Shown: piece after piece, positions 38,840 through 48,800 of the stretch
Numbering within the stretch: position 1 is the stretch's first letter
Layout of the letters: every line of letters begins with the position of its first letter
DNA from: Candidatus Colwellbacteria bacterium
GTDB lineage: Bacteria; Patescibacteriota; Minisyncoccia; UBA6257; Colwellbacteraceae
Direction: 5' to 3'
DNA length: 56,283 nucleotides
Assembly (NCBI GenBank): GCA_016176505.1
Contig: JACOXB010000007.1
Coordinates: 1-56,283 of the forward strand
Notes under the pieces: generated by a model
Told to the model about the DNA's origin: nothing
The model's database searches: none
What the model saw: only the letters and a program-made list of their open reading frames with translations
Made by a program: the position numbers and the translations under genes

Positions 38840-39597
38840 TGAAAGACTTAAGAAAAAACTCGTTTATCTCAACTCTCGCCGCTATTATTTTTCTCGGCTC
38901 TTTGCCGGTTGTAGCTACCGCCGAAATCACAACTCCAGAGGTTGCGCCCGAGGCCGCGGCCGAGATGACCGAGGAAGCGGCCAAAGTACTCCAGGCCAAG
39001 GATGATATGACTAAAGCCCTGAATATAGCCGCTGAAAGGGTGGATGCCCGGAAGAGCGAACTTGAGAAGCTTAGTTTCCCTGAAGCTAGCCGTGAAGCTG
39101 AACTGAAAGCCTCTTTACTCCAGGAACTAGATGGCTATAAAGCTTATTATCTTCGGAAGCGAGAAGCGCTCGCGAGTCTCACTAGCCTTGAAGAAATAAA
39201 AGCCCTGGCGCAGGAGATTAAGACTTACCGCGAAGAAATCTACGCTCCGGAAGGGCAAAGAATAGTCGCCTTTATTTCTCTCTACGCCAACGAGTCTGAC
39301 CTTGGAGTGACCAAAGAAAGATTCGAAAAAATTAAGACTGACCTTGATAACTTAAAAGGGCTTGGGCTTATTGATGAAACTGTTACGCTCGATGAGGTTA
39401 GCTTGATCGATGGCCTACTCCAGGAATCAGCCAATTCCCAAAATGAGGCGAGAGAATTAATTCTTGGCGGATCGAGCAATGATTCGGCTCGTGCCAACGG
39501 CCTAATTCAAGAAACAATGGCAAGAATCAAAACTACTTACGATCTCTATCTCAGCTTAAGCGGGACGGTAAACAGCAAATTAGGAATCGGGAAATAG
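38839..39597 (+). CDS. secreted coiled-coil protein (DUF5667-like, tentative)
   Basis: 252 aa with a signal peptide and a helical repeat region. It overlaps the upstream ORF's TAA stop in a TAATG junction (38837-38841). Confidence 0.65.
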   Translation: MKDLRKNSFISTLAAIIFLGSLPVVATAEITTPEVAPEAAAEMTEEAAKVLQAKDDMTKALNIAAERVDARKSELEKLSFPEASREAELKASLLQELDGYKAYYLRKREALASLTSLEEIKALAQEIKTYREEIYAPEGQRIVAFISLYANESDLGVTKERFEKIKTDLDNLKGLGLIDETVTLDEVSLIDGLLQESANSQNEARELILGGSSNDSARANGLIQETMARIKTTYDLYLSLSGTVNSKLGIGK

Positions 39598-39638
39598 GAA
39601 TTAGAGAAGACCTCCATTTGGAGGTCTTCTCTAATTCC
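39597..39638. terminator. 20-bp-stem bidirectional terminator between convergent genes
   Basis: GGAATTAGAGAAGACCTCCA TT TGGAGGTCTTCTCTAATTCC. Confidence 0.8.
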
Positions 39639-39659
39639 TAGCTAATTCCTAGTTCCTGA

Positions 39660-39935
39660 CTAGGCGACAGCTTCTTTCAAAGCTTTGCCAGCGCTGAATT
39701 TAGGAACGGTTTTGGCCGCAATTTGAACCTTTTCGCCAGTTCTCGGGTTGATTCCGGTTCGGGCTGCTCTTCGGGTAACCTTGAAGGTTCCGAAACCACT
39801 AACAGCCACTTCTTCGCCGCGGCTCAAGGATTTGGTGATCGAATCGAAGACTGCCTCCACCGCTGATTCGGCCTGACGCTTGGTGTCAAGCGACGCGGCT
39901 GACATTACTGCTTCGACGAGTTCCGCTTTCTTCAT
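39660..39935 (-). CDS. hup: DNA-binding protein HU
   Basis: 91 aa with GFGTFKV..RAAR.GRNP.TGE..I, typical of HU/IHF. Confidence 0.9.
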   Translation of the reverse strand: MKKAELVEAVMSAASLDTKRQAESAVEAVFDSITKSLSRGEEVAVSGFGTFKVTRRAARTGINPRTGEKVQIAAKTVPKFSAGKALKEAVA

Positions 39936-40018
39936 AAATTGGGAATTACAACTTTTTCTTTCCGACCTTTTTTAAGGTTTCTTATGCCTGGAATTATAGC
40001 AAAATAGCCCCTTTTTGG

Positions 40019-41542
40019 CTACCGGGCGTACTCGACCGCCCTCATTTCTCGAATAACGTTCACTTTGATCTCGCCCGGGAACTTAAGTTCGGATTCGATG
40101 CGCGAGGCAATGTCTTTGGCAAGCTGAAGTGCTCGAAAATCATCAATTTGCTCCGGCACGACAAAAACTCGAAGCTCCCGACCAGCCGAGACAGCATAAG
40201 CCTGTTTTACGCCTGGGAAACCGGAGGCAATTTTCTCAAGGTCTTCCAGTCTCTTTACGTAACTCTCGAGGGTGCCGCGTCTCGCGCCAGGCCGAGCGGC
40301 TGAAAGGGCGTCGGCGGCCGCTACAATATAAGACTCTGACGTGGAGAAAGGATACTCTTCATGATGCGATTCCATCGCGCGAATTACTGCCTCATCAATA
40401 CCGTATTTTTTAAGAATCTTCCGCCCAAGCTCAACGTGGGTCCCTGGCACTTCGTGGTCAATGGCTTTACCGATGTCGTGAAGAAGCGCACCGCGCTTTG
40501 CTACTTCAATATCAGCCCCCAGTTCGGCGGCAATCATACTAGCGATGTGTGCCATCTCAACCGAGTGAGTTAAAACACTTTGGCCAAAACTAGTTCTAAA
40601 ACTTAGCCGTCCGAGCAATTGGATAATTTCCTTAGGTAAATCGTAGATGCCAACTTCATAAGCTGCTTCTTCGCCCAATTCGTAGATCCGGGTTTCAATT
40701 TCGCTTTTAGCCTCCTCGACTTTCTCTTCAATTTTGGCTGGCTGGATTCGGCCGTCCTTAATCAATTTCTGAAGAGCCAGTTTAGCAATCTCTCGCCGCA
40801 TCGGATCAAAAGAAGAAATGACAATTGTTTCCGGCGTTTCATCAATTACGAGTTCGACCCCGGTCAACCGCTCGATGGTTCTGATATTGCGGCCCTCCCT
40901 CCCAATAATCTTTCCTTTCAAGTCTTCTGAAGGAAGGCTGAAAGCCGTAGTGGTAAGCTCCGAAACATGAGAACGGGCATAGCGCTGGATTGCAGTCGTA
41001 ATAATCTCCAAGGTTTTCTTCTCGACTTCAGCGCTTCGCTCCCTAACCAAACCCCCCAGAGCTTTGGCTAGCTCTTCCTGATAACTCTCTTTAATTTCGT
41101 TCATTAACCGCTCTTTGGCCTCGGCTGGGGTGAGAGCCGCCACCTCAGAAAGCTTGTTTTTAACCTCTTCCTTGCTTTTCGCCAGTTCTTCAAGCGAAGT
41201 TTCAAGCTTAGCTCTTTCAGTTCCGAGTCCCTCTTTTTCCGTATTTAATCTGGATTCTTTCTCGCCAAGCTCTTCCTCGCGCTTAAAAAGCCTCTCTTCG
41301 AGCCGCTCTAAACTGCTCTTCCGCTCTTTTTCTTCCTGCTTTACCTCTTCAAGTAAAGCAACGGCCTTGTTTTTAGCCTCTAAGACTAGCTCTTTAGCCT
41401 CATTTCTGGCTTTTTCAAGCTCGGCTTTAAGCTTATTTTCAAGCGATTGGCCGCGTTTCGAAGCGAATAAGAATCTTGCAAAGTAACCGACAATAAGTCC
41501 TAGAGCCAAAAATCCGGCTCCGATAAGAGTCGCATTGGTCAT
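40019..41542 (-). CDS. rny: ribonuclease Y
   Basis: 507 aa with an N-terminal TM segment, a coiled coil, a KH domain (GKIIGREGRNIR) and an HD domain (LLHDIGKA). Confidence 0.95.
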   Translation of the reverse strand: MTNATLIGAGFLALGLIVGYFARFLFASKRGQSLENKLKAELEKARNEAKELVLEAKNKAVALLEEVKQEEKERKSSLERLEERLFKREEELGEKESRLNTEKEGLGTERAKLETSLEELAKSKEEVKNKLSEVAALTPAEAKERLMNEIKESYQEELAKALGGLVRERSAEVEKKTLEIITTAIQRYARSHVSELTTTAFSLPSEDLKGKIIGREGRNIRTIERLTGVELVIDETPETIVISSFDPMRREIAKLALQKLIKDGRIQPAKIEEKVEEAKSEIETRIYELGEEAAYEVGIYDLPKEIIQLLGRLSFRTSFGQSVLTHSVEMAHIASMIAAELGADIEVAKRGALLHDIGKAIDHEVPGTHVELGRKILKKYGIDEAVIRAMESHHEEYPFSTSESYIVAAADALSAARPGARRGTLESYVKRLEDLEKIASGFPGVKQAYAVSAGRELRVFVVPEQIDDFRALQLAKDIASRIESELKFPGEIKVNVIREMRAVEYAR

Positions 41543-41615
41543 AGTAGTTGGTAAAAGTTATTTTCATTGACGTTTGATCAAATCTTACTCCCGCAAGTTT
41601 TTCCTGTCAAAGATT

Positions 41616-42344
41616 CTAGATGGGGAGCGCCACAATCAATATCGCTACTAAGAAGAAAATGGTGATATTCCTTAGGATGAGCTCCCTCCCGAGAGTGCCC
41701 TTAAGGTAGTGGGTCAGGGTATCATGGAGTAAAAAGGCCGAAAGGGTTATAAGCCCCGCCCCCAAAATTGGGCTTACCGGCACAAAAGTCAAAAGCCAAC
41801 CGGCCTCGACTAAGATAAGGGCGATAATGGCAGCGGCAAGCACCAGGCGGGGTAAAAAATCGCTAAGAGCATCGATGCCGAGATAAAATTCCCGAAGAAG
41901 AAAAAAGAGGGCGATAAAAAGAAGAACTTGAGGCAGAGAACCGGCGAAGTAAAGAGCGGTCATAGCGAAAACCAAAGACGAATGGACAAGTTCATAACCG
42001 CCTTTTCGTTTTAGGAGCACTAAGTTCTTAACGCCGAGGGTGGTGAAGAAAAGCGCTCCCCACATGAGAGTCAGATAAACCTCGAGACTGACGCTAGCAA
42101 GGGGAGGAATTAAAAAAACAAGAAAAAATAAAGTCAAGGCGGAAACCGAAAAACGTCCGGCGTTAAAAATTGGCCGAAAATAAAAAATGGTGAAAAGAGC
42201 GGTAAACGAAATTACGGCAAGAAAGCTGAAACTCGAACTTCGAGCCCAGAAAAAAGCGAGGGCGACTAGTGCCGCCCTAAACGCTAACTTTAAGTTCTGA
42301 TTTATCAAAACTGATTCGGACTTTACTGCCATCTTTAATTTCAC
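41616..42344 (-). CDS. multi-pass membrane protein, unknown function
   Basis: 242 aa, very hydrophobic. The start overlaps the last 56-68 nt of clpB and is uncertain. Confidence 0.6.
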   Translation of the reverse strand: MKLKMAVKSESVLINQNLKLAFRAALVALAFFWARSSSFSFLAVISFTALFTIFYFRPIFNAGRFSVSALTLFFLVFLIPPLASVSLEVYLTLMWGALFFTTLGVKNLVLLKRKGGYELVHSSLVFAMTALYFAGSLPQVLLFIALFFLLREFYLGIDALSDFLPRLVLAAAIIALILVEAGWLLTFVPVSPILGAGLITLSAFLLHDTLTHYLKGTLGRELILRNITIFFLVAILIVALPI

Positions 42345-44907
42345 CCTCGATTATCCGCGAGGCTAAATTATCAAGAATAGCGCGCTGGATTAGTCGTTTA
42401 ATTGGACGCGCTCCGTATTCCGGATCAAAACCGTTCTCAATCACGTATTTTCTAACAGAGTCGTCAATAGCGACGGTTATTCCCCGCTCTTTCAGCCTTT
42501 TGGTCAAATCATTTAACTGAATATCAACGATTTTCGCCATCGCCTTCTGGTGCAAAGAGTTAAAGATAACAATCTCGTCAACACGGTTTAAGAATTCGGG
42601 TCGGAAATAATCTCGTAGGGCCTCTTTGATTCTCGCTCGATAATCTTCCTCCTTCTCTTTGGCCTCGGCTTCGGATGAGGCAGTAAAACCCAAACGCGAC
42701 ATCTGGCGAGTAAATTCACTGCCGACATTAGAAGTCATAATAATGATGGTGTTCTTGAAGTTGACTAACCTCCCCTTGCCATCAGTCAAGCGGCCGTTAT
42801 CTAAAATCTGAAGCAGGATATTAAAAACTTCTGGATGGGCTTTTTCAATCTCGTCAAAAAGAATCAAGCTGTAGGGCCGGTGACGGACGATCTCGGTCAA
42901 CTGCCCGCCTTCTTCAAAGCCAACGTAACCCGGCGGCGAACCAATTAGCCTTGAGGTAGCGTGCCGTTCCATATATTCAGACATATCAATTCGGATAAGC
43001 GCTCGTTCGTCATTAAACATAAATTCAGCCAAGGTCCGAGCTAGTTCGGTTTTACCAACGCCGGTCGGGCCGAGAAACATAAATGAGCCAAGCGGCCGGT
43101 CAATCGGCGCGAGCCCGGCCCGAGCCCGCCGAAGAGCGCTTGAAACTGCGCGAATTGCCTCGTCCTGACCGACAACGCGCTTTTTCAAGACATCCTCAAT
43201 CCGGCCAAGTTTTTTAGCTTCGGACTCCAAGATGTTCTCCGTGGGAATGCCGGTCCAGCGCGAAATCACCCGAGCAATATCTTCGGGGTCAACCTCATCT
43301 TTTAGAAAGTGCTGTCTTGTGGCCGCGCCTCTTCCAAAATATTTTCGCTCAAAGGCTTTAAATTCTTTTTCCGCGGCTGGCAATTCACCGTAAAGAATCT
43401 CGGCCATCCGCTCAAGATCGCCTTCGCGTTCAGCCACCTCCCTCTCGCGCCTCAATTCGTCAATCTTTTCTCGAAGGGCGTTGAATTTTTCAAAAAGCCT
43501 TCTTTCGCCCTCCCAACTTACAGAAAGCTCTTCGTCCCGTTTCTTTAAGGTCTTTAACTTGTTTTCAATTGTTTTCAAACGCTCATTCGAAGCCTTGGTT
43601 TTATGATTGGCTAAAGCGGCTTTTTCAACCTCAAGATTCCTAATTTCTCGACGTAGTTTGTCAATCTCAACCGGCAAACTTTCGCTCTCGAGTTTTCTCG
43701 CGGCGGCGGCCTCATCAATTACATCAACAGCCTTATCCGGCAAAAACCGATCAGAAATATAACGGGCGGAAAGTTGAACAGCGGCGGCGAGCGCCTCATC
43801 GCTGATCCGAAGACCATGATGAAGTTCATATTTTTCCTTAAGGCCTCGCAAAATAGCAATACTTGATTCAATGCCCGGTTCTTCGACATAAACCGGTTGG
43901 AATCGACGCTCAAGAGCCGCATCTTTTTCAAAGTAGCGCTGGAATTCTTTCAGCGTGGTCGCCCCAACGGCGTGAAGTTCCCCTCGAGCCAGGGCCGGCT
44001 TTAGAAGATTCGAGGCATCAACCGCGCCTTCAGCTGCCCCCGCGCCGACAATCATGTGGATTTCATCAATAAAAAGAATTAATCGGCCGGCCGAGTTTTG
44101 AATTTCTTTAATAAAGGCTTTTAGACGATCCTCAAATTCGCCGCGAAACTTAGTCCCGGCGATTAACGCCCCCAAATCAAGCATCACAATTTCTTTATCC
44201 TTTAAGGTGTCGGGCACCTCACCTTTAACAATCCGCTCGGCCAAACCCTCAACAATCGCTGTCTTACCTACCCCGGGTTCGCCAATTAAAATCGGATTAT
44301 TTTTGGTTCGGCGGGACAAAATCTCAATAATTCGACGGAGCTCTTCTTCCCGGCCCACTACTGGGTCAAGCTTGCCGCTCCTTGCTTCGTCAGTCACGTT
44401 AATAGCGTATTTCTCGAGCGCCTGGAATTTGCTCTCGGGCGATTCGTCTGTAACCCGCATGTTCCCTCGGAGTTTAGCCAAATTCCGCAAGACCGATTCC
44501 CGTCTTAGGCCGAATTTTTCAAGCACGGTTTTAGCGCCCGACTCAACCGCCAAAACCCCCAAAAGCAGGTGCTCGCAGGAAACAAATTCATCTTTGTTGG
44601 CCACCGCGGCTCGGGCGGCACGATCTATCACTCGCATCACTTCGGCGGAAAGATAAAGTTGACCGATTGAAGTGGCCGAATATACCTTAGGCAGTTTTTT
44701 AAGCTCGGCATCAACCGCCTGATTTAAGGCCTCGAGATTGACTCGGGACTCGGCAATCGCCGGCCGGATTAAAGAACCGGAGTCGGCAAGGAGCGAGGAA
44801 AGCAAATGAAGCGCTTTGAACTCGCCGTGATTTTCCGCCGCGGCTAAGTCCTGGGCTCGCTGAAGCGCTTCTTGGGCCTTGATTGTGAAACGATTAAACT
44901 GCTCCAT
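42277..44907 (-). CDS. clpB: ATP-dependent chaperone ClpB
   Basis: 876 aa with a Clp N domain, two AAA+ modules ([16 protein letters not shown]) and the middle coiled-coil domain. Confidence 0.95.
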   Translation of the reverse strand: MEQFNRFTIKAQEALQRAQDLAAAENHGEFKALHLLSSLLADSGSLIRPAIAESRVNLEALNQAVDAELKKLPKVYSATSIGQLYLSAEVMRVIDRAARAAVANKDEFVSCEHLLLGVLAVESGAKTVLEKFGLRRESVLRNLAKLRGNMRVTDESPESKFQALEKYAINVTDEARSGKLDPVVGREEELRRIIEILSRRTKNNPILIGEPGVGKTAIVEGLAERIVKGEVPDTLKDKEIVMLDLGALIAGTKFRGEFEDRLKAFIKEIQNSAGRLILFIDEIHMIVGAGAAEGAVDASNLLKPALARGELHAVGATTLKEFQRYFEKDAALERRFQPVYVEEPGIESSIAILRGLKEKYELHHGLRISDEALAAAVQLSARYISDRFLPDKAVDVIDEAAAARKLESESLPVEIDKLRREIRNLEVEKAALANHKTKASNERLKTIENKLKTLKKRDEELSVSWEGERRLFEKFNALREKIDELRREREVAEREGDLERMAEILYGELPAAEKEFKAFERKYFGRGAATRQHFLKDEVDPEDIARVISRWTGIPTENILESEAKKLGRIEDVLKKRVVGQDEAIRAVSSALRRARAGLAPIDRPLGSFMFLGPTGVGKTELARTLAEFMFNDERALIRIDMSEYMERHATSRLIGSPPGYVGFEEGGQLTEIVRHRPYSLILFDEIEKAHPEVFNILLQILDNGRLTDGKGRLVNFKNTIIIMTSNVGSEFTRQMSRLGFTASSEAEAKEKEEDYRARIKEALRDYFRPEFLNRVDEIVIFNSLHQKAMAKIVDIQLNDLTKRLKERGITVAIDDSVRKYVIENGFDPEYGARPIKRLIQRAILDNLASRIIEGEIKDGSKVRISFDKSELKVSV

Positions 44908-46119
44908 TTATTCCAGTTTTATCTTAATCCTCGAAATCACGGTGTCAATTTCTTCTTTGGTAGTCGGCCTACCTAAGGTGAACCGAATGCTTGATTTGGC
45001 TCGGTCTGGTTCAAGCCCTAGGGCTTCTATTACATAAGACGGCCGAAGTGCCTTAACCGAACAAGCCGAACCAATTGAAACGGCAATACCGGCCTCGTCA
45101 AGTTTGATAAGGAGCGTTTCATCATCTTGGCCCGGAAAATAAATACTCAGATTATTGGGTAATCTTTGTTCCCCTGAGCCGTTCATCTCGATCTCAGGCT
45201 TCATCTTTTTTAACTCGCTCCAGAGATAATCTCGGAGTTCTCTAATTCTTTTGGCTTCCGAATCTCTATTTCGAGCAATCAGTTCGACTGCTCGAGCCAT
45301 GCCGGCAATTGCCGGAACATTTTCAGTGCCGGAGCGAAAGCCTGATTCTTGTAAACCTCCGGTAATAAATGGCGAGACTAGCGCCTGCGCTCCTTCTCGT
45401 AGGAAAAGGCTGGCTGCGCCTTTTGGGCCATAAATCTTCTGGGCTGAAATAGCCAGAGCATCAACGTCTAAGTCGTTGACGTCGAGTTTTATAAACTGAA
45501 AAGCCTGAACCGCGTCAGTATGAAATAAGGGGTAAATTCTATCGCCCCTATACCCCTTAACAATCTCCCCGATTTCGGCAATCGGCTGGATCGTGCCGAT
45601 CTCATTCGAAGCATAAATCACTGAGACCAAAATTGTTTGATCATCTAGGCTGGCTTTCAACTTTTCTAAATCAATAATGCCTTCGGGGCTGACCGGCAGA
45701 ATTGTTACCCGCGCCGCGCCCCGTTGCTCAATATCGCGAACTGTTTCAAGAACAGATTCATGCTCAATCGCCGTTGTAATAATATGAGGGAGAATGTCTT
45801 TTCCCGGAGCACTACCGTTCTCTTTAAAATAGTTCCACCAAAATCCTCTAATCGTCCCGCGCAACGCCAAATTGTTTGCTTCAGTCGCCGAGGCCGTAAA
45901 AATAATTTCATTAAACTTCGTGCCTAACTCTCGGCTAATTACTTCCCGCGAATGATCCAGGGCCGCTTGAGCTTTTTGACCAAAAGAATGGATCGAACCA
46001 GCGTTACCAAACTCATCGCTGAAGTATGGCTGCATCGCCCCCAATACTTCAGGCGCGACCGGCGTGGAGGCGGCATAATCTAAATAAATGCGAGATTTAT
46101 CTCTAAGCATAGTGAACAA
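44908..46119 (-). CDS. cysteine desulfurase (NifS/IscS family)
   Basis: It has IYLDYAASTP, the PLP-lysine region SAQKIYGPKG and the catalytic loop SIGSACS. The start may be 3 codons later (46110). Confidence 0.9.
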   Translation of the reverse strand: MFTMLRDKSRIYLDYAASTPVAPEVLGAMQPYFSDEFGNAGSIHSFGQKAQAALDHSREVISRELGTKFNEIIFTASATEANNLALRGTIRGFWWNYFKENGSAPGKDILPHIITTAIEHESVLETVRDIEQRGAARVTILPVSPEGIIDLEKLKASLDDQTILVSVIYASNEIGTIQPIAEIGEIVKGYRGDRIYPLFHTDAVQAFQFIKLDVNDLDVDALAISAQKIYGPKGAASLFLREGAQALVSPFITGGLQESGFRSGTENVPAIAGMARAVELIARNRDSEAKRIRELRDYLWSELKKMKPEIEMNGSGEQRLPNNLSIYFPGQDDETLLIKLDEAGIAVSIGSACSVKALRPSYVIEALGLEPDRAKSSIRFTLGRPTTKEEIDTVISRIKIKLE

Positions 46120-46150
46120 TTATGAATTTAAGCGTTTGGAGACCAAGCCC

Positions 46151-46633
46151 TTAAGCGTATCTGTCTGCCACCGATGAGGCGGCGTAACTTTCGGGCTTGG
46201 TTTTTGCTTCAAAATCATGGGCTCGGATAATACCAACGAGCTCCTGAATCATCTTGCGCGATTCGCCGTTTTCGCCCACATCAACGTGAATTTCAAAATC
46301 AAATGGCGGCGCCTCAAGCTCGCGTAAATGATTTAAAACAATTTTGGCTGTATCCAAAGAAACAATTACTTCTTTCAAAATCCGATCTCGGAGAGTGTAA
46401 AAGTTTTTTAGCTCTACCCGGCGCCAGAAATAGCGACCGCCGTTACCAACCCGGTGAACCACAATGGCCGTTACAAAATCAGCCTCGGTCTTGTTGTAAA
46501 GTTCGGAATCAGTGCCGATCGTTACTTTATAACTCCGCTCCGGATCAGCTTTCATAAAGCGAATCAGCTCCTGGGCCACCTGCTCCGGCGACATCTTAAG
46601 CCCAAAAGAGCTATTAAATAATGGTTGCTCCAT
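46151..46633 (-). CDS. YkuK/DUF458-like RNase H-fold protein
   Basis: The start is set at MEQPLFNSS (46633). The pattern ...TIGTDS...FVTAIVVHRVGNGGRYF...E...S.. resembles YkuK (from memory). The track ORF extends 42 codons into GC-rich G7 DNA. Confidence 0.7.
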   Translation of the reverse strand: MEQPLFNSSFGLKMSPEQVAQELIRFMKADPERSYKVTIGTDSELYNKTEADFVTAIVVHRVGNGGRYFWRRVELKNFYTLRDRILKEVIVSLDTAKIVLNHLRELEAPPFDFEIHVDVGENGESRKMIQELVGIIRAHDFEAKTKPESYAASSVADRYA

Positions 46634-46647
46634 ACTTCTCGCATCAT

Positions 46648-46695
46648 AAACGGAAAAGGCCCACGGTTCAATGGCCCTTCCGGGCCCCGTGGGCC
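46648..46695 (-). terminator. intrinsic terminator closing cassette G7
   Basis: GGCCCACGG, 20-nt loop with inner GGCCC-GGAA-GGGCC, CCGTGGGCC, then TTTTCCGTTT on the minus strand. Confidence 0.75.
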
Positions 46696-46724
46696 ATGTG
46701 TTGTCTGATCCGGGGTAGCCGGCG

Positions 46725-46985
46725 TCAGAACAGTAGTTCGACTCGGCGACTGCTCGCATCGACGAGCCGGGTACCTGGCAGCGCCAGTGCCCCGGCCCTC
46801 GTACCGGGTGCCACGCTGACCGAGAAGTAGGCTGTGAACCCGGAATACCGGGTGATCCGAGCCGCCGTGACCCCGGGCAGGGCCAAGAGCGACCGGCGAA
46901 GATGTGTCAGCCGCCCGAAGCTCGTAAATCTTGTCATCACGACCTCGACCTCTGGCTCGAGCTCAACTGCCTCGAACGTCATCAT
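46725..46985 (-). CDS. G7b: GC-rich hypothetical protein (86 aa)
   Basis: It starts ATGATGA, overlapping the stop of G7a, and is preceded by GAAGGAGGCGGGGG. Confidence 0.6.
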   Translation of the reverse strand: MMTFEAVELEPEVEVVMTRFTSFGRLTHLRRSLLALPGVTAARITRYSGFTAYFSVSVAPGTRAGALALPGTRLVDASSRRVELLF

Positions 46986-47272
46986 CCCCCGCCTCCTTCA
47001 GGATAACCAGAGTCGGGAACCGACTCCGGTCCGTCCTCGAGCTTCATCGTGAGCCCGAAGAGCCGGCGGATGGTGTCGAACACCTCGCGATAGACGACCC
47101 GAAGCTCGCGTCCCTCTTCGAGACCGTCGAGGAGCTCGTCCACCTCAACCGCCTCGACTGGCACGTATGGTGCCGAGACAGCGAGAAGCTTGAGATGGGC
47201 CTCAGCGTCCCTGAGCGGCTGGAGCACGTAGCGACTGAGTACCAGTAGCTGGACAAGGCTATCGACTTCCAT
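46982..47272 (-). CDS. G7a: GC-rich acidic helical hypothetical protein (96 aa)
   Basis: The ATG is preceded by GGGGAGGTGAGAAAAG. The C-terminus is Gly-rich. Confidence 0.6.
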   Translation of the reverse strand: MEVDSLVQLLVLSRYVLQPLRDAEAHLKLLAVSAPYVPVEAVEVDELLDGLEEGRELRVVYREVFDTIRRLFGLTMKLEDGPESVPDSGYPEGGGG

Positions 47273-47346
47273 CTTTTCTCACCTCCCCGTTGCGAAGAAC
47301 ATCTCTCCGGTCTTTACCGAAGAATCACCGCCTTGGTGATTTCAAA

Positions 47347-47375
47347 ACCATACCACACTCGACGTACTTGGTCAA
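47347..47375 (-). promoter_or_regulatory. promoter of G7 (TTGACC-N17-TATGGT)
   Basis: The minus strand reads TTGACCAAGTACGTCGAGTGTGGTATGGT, followed by the leader hairpin ATCACC-AAGG-CGGTGAT. Confidence 0.55.
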
Positions 47376-47412
47376 CCTGATTGCCCCTTAACTTTGCCGT
47401 CTCATCCATTTC

Positions 47413-47448
47413 ATAAAAATTTTCATGCTATAGCATGAAAATTTTTAT
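47413..47448. terminator. perfect 36-nt AT-rich palindrome
   Basis: ATAAAAATTTTCATGCTA | TAGCATGAAAATTTTTAT, just 3' of ORF 47453..48352. Confidence 0.7.
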
Positions 47449-47452
47449 TATT

Positions 47453-48352
47453 TCAATTAAACCCCAATCTAACTAAATTTCTCTTTTCGCGAGATAGGGC
47501 CTCTTTGGTTTTGGCGGCCAAGTTAAGCCGCAAACCGGGTTCGGTTTCGGCGCGCCGCAAATTAAGCCAAAAATCTTTACCCGTAACGCTTATGTCGTCC
47601 AGTTTTGAAATTCTTCCCCTGCCCTGGTAAAATTTCTCGACTCGAGCAAGGGTCCGGGTTTTATCTTTAACCCGGAATGTCTTTTCGCGAATTCGATAGT
47701 AATTGGGCAATTCCCTACGCCATTCTGAAAGCGAAATCCCTCTTTTCTTCAGACGACTGACTTCATTTAAAACAAAAACGGCAGCGAGAATCCCGGAATC
47801 AGCATGGTAAAAATCCTTAAAGTAATAGTGGGAGGCATGTTCAATTGCGAATTCGGCCCGATGGCGCAACATCATTTTTTTAACCGCATAGTGACCAGAT
47901 TCAGTTTCAATAACTTTCAGCCCTTGCTTTAACCAATCAATTACTGCCTTACCGGCTGAGGTTGAAACAAGATACGGCGGTCGAAACTTTGGCGAGAGAA
48001 GTAGAAAAATTAAAATCGGGTCAATTTCCTTGCCCTTATCATCAACAAAAACCGCTCGGTCGCCGTCAGCATCAAAAACCACCCCCAAATCAGCTTTTTC
48101 TTTAACTACCGTCTCTTTTAATTGTCTTGTCGCGCCGCGGGCTAAGGGACTCGGACCATGAGCCGGAAAATTGCCATCAGGTTTTTCGTTGATAAAAGTT
48201 GTTTTTAGTTTTTTGTTATTAGTTATAAGTTGTCGCAAGATGCGGCCGGTGGTGCCGTTTGAGCAATCAAAAATTACCTTGACTGGTGCTTCCGGTTTTA
48301 AAAACTTTTTTAAGAAATTTACATAAACCCTTACGTACGAGTTACTAGTCAT
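47453..48352 (-). CDS. phosphomannomutase/phosphoglucomutase, domains II-IV only (downstream half of a split gene)
   Basis: 299 aa with the metal-binding loop FDADGDR. There is no SD, and the ATG follows TAA TAA CTG in frame after the N-terminal fragment. Confidence 0.75.
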   Translation of the reverse strand: MTSNSYVRVYVNFLKKFLKPEAPVKVIFDCSNGTTGRILRQLITNNKKLKTTFINEKPDGNFPAHGPSPLARGATRQLKETVVKEKADLGVVFDADGDRAVFVDDKGKEIDPILIFLLLSPKFRPPYLVSTSAGKAVIDWLKQGLKVIETESGHYAVKKMMLRHRAEFAIEHASHYYFKDFYHADSGILAAVFVLNEVSRLKKRGISLSEWRRELPNYYRIREKTFRVKDKTRTLARVEKFYQGRGRISKLDDISVTGKDFWLNLRRAETEPGLRLNLAAKTKEALSREKRNLVRLGFN

Positions 48353-48358
48353 CAGTTA

Positions 48359-48736
48359 TTAGTTATTAGTTAGCGCTTGCTCAATTTCGTCTCCACTGAT
48401 TGGTACCGCCTTAGGCCCGGCCACTTTCAAACCATTCCATTCTTTAGGATTATGCGAAGCTGTGACCATAATCCCGCCGCCGGCTTTTAACTTATTAACC
48501 AGAAAATAAAGCATTGGTGTCGTAATCATCCCTGCCCTAATAGCCCTTGAACCCAGAACCTTGAGACACGCCCTATATAAGGCTGGCGAGCTTTTGCGGG
48601 CATCATGGCCAACCACGATTTTCCCCTTTTCTAAAATTTCTCGGCTCAAGCCGCTTATAATTTTCTGGGTTATGACCTCGTTAATTTCACCTGGATAGCG
48701 GCCCCGAATATCATAAGCGCCAAAAATGTCTCGCAT
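48359..48736 (-). CDS. phosphomannomutase/phosphoglucomutase, domain I only (upstream half of a split gene)
   Basis: The start is set at MRDIFGAYDIRG. It has the catalytic phosphoserine loop TASHNP and ends at TAA TAA inside an ACTAATA-type heptamer repeat. Confidence 0.75.
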   Translation of the reverse strand: MRDIFGAYDIRGRYPGEINEVITQKIISGLSREILEKGKIVVGHDARKSSPALYRACLKVLGSRAIRAGMITTPMLYFLVNKLKAGGGIMVTASHNPKEWNGLKVAGPKAVPISGDEIEQALTNN

Positions 48737-48749
48737 TAAAGTTATTGTA

Positions 48750-48787
48750 ACCCCCACGCCTAATTGCTCGCAATTAGGTGTGGGGGT
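48750..48787. promoter_or_regulatory. 18-bp inverted repeat in the 64-bp divergent pmm/ftsK intergenic region
   Basis: ACCCCCACGCCTAATTGC TC GCAATTAGGTGTGGGGGT (17/18 complementary). Confidence 0.5.
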
Positions 48788-48800
48788 AAAATTAAGCTGA

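Noticed and set aside
48353-48361. Stop-codon reassignment or read-through explaining the in-frame TAA TAA in pmm.
   Set aside because: TAA is used as a normal stop by many well-supported genes in this window. Reassignments known in related lineages affect UGA, not UAA.
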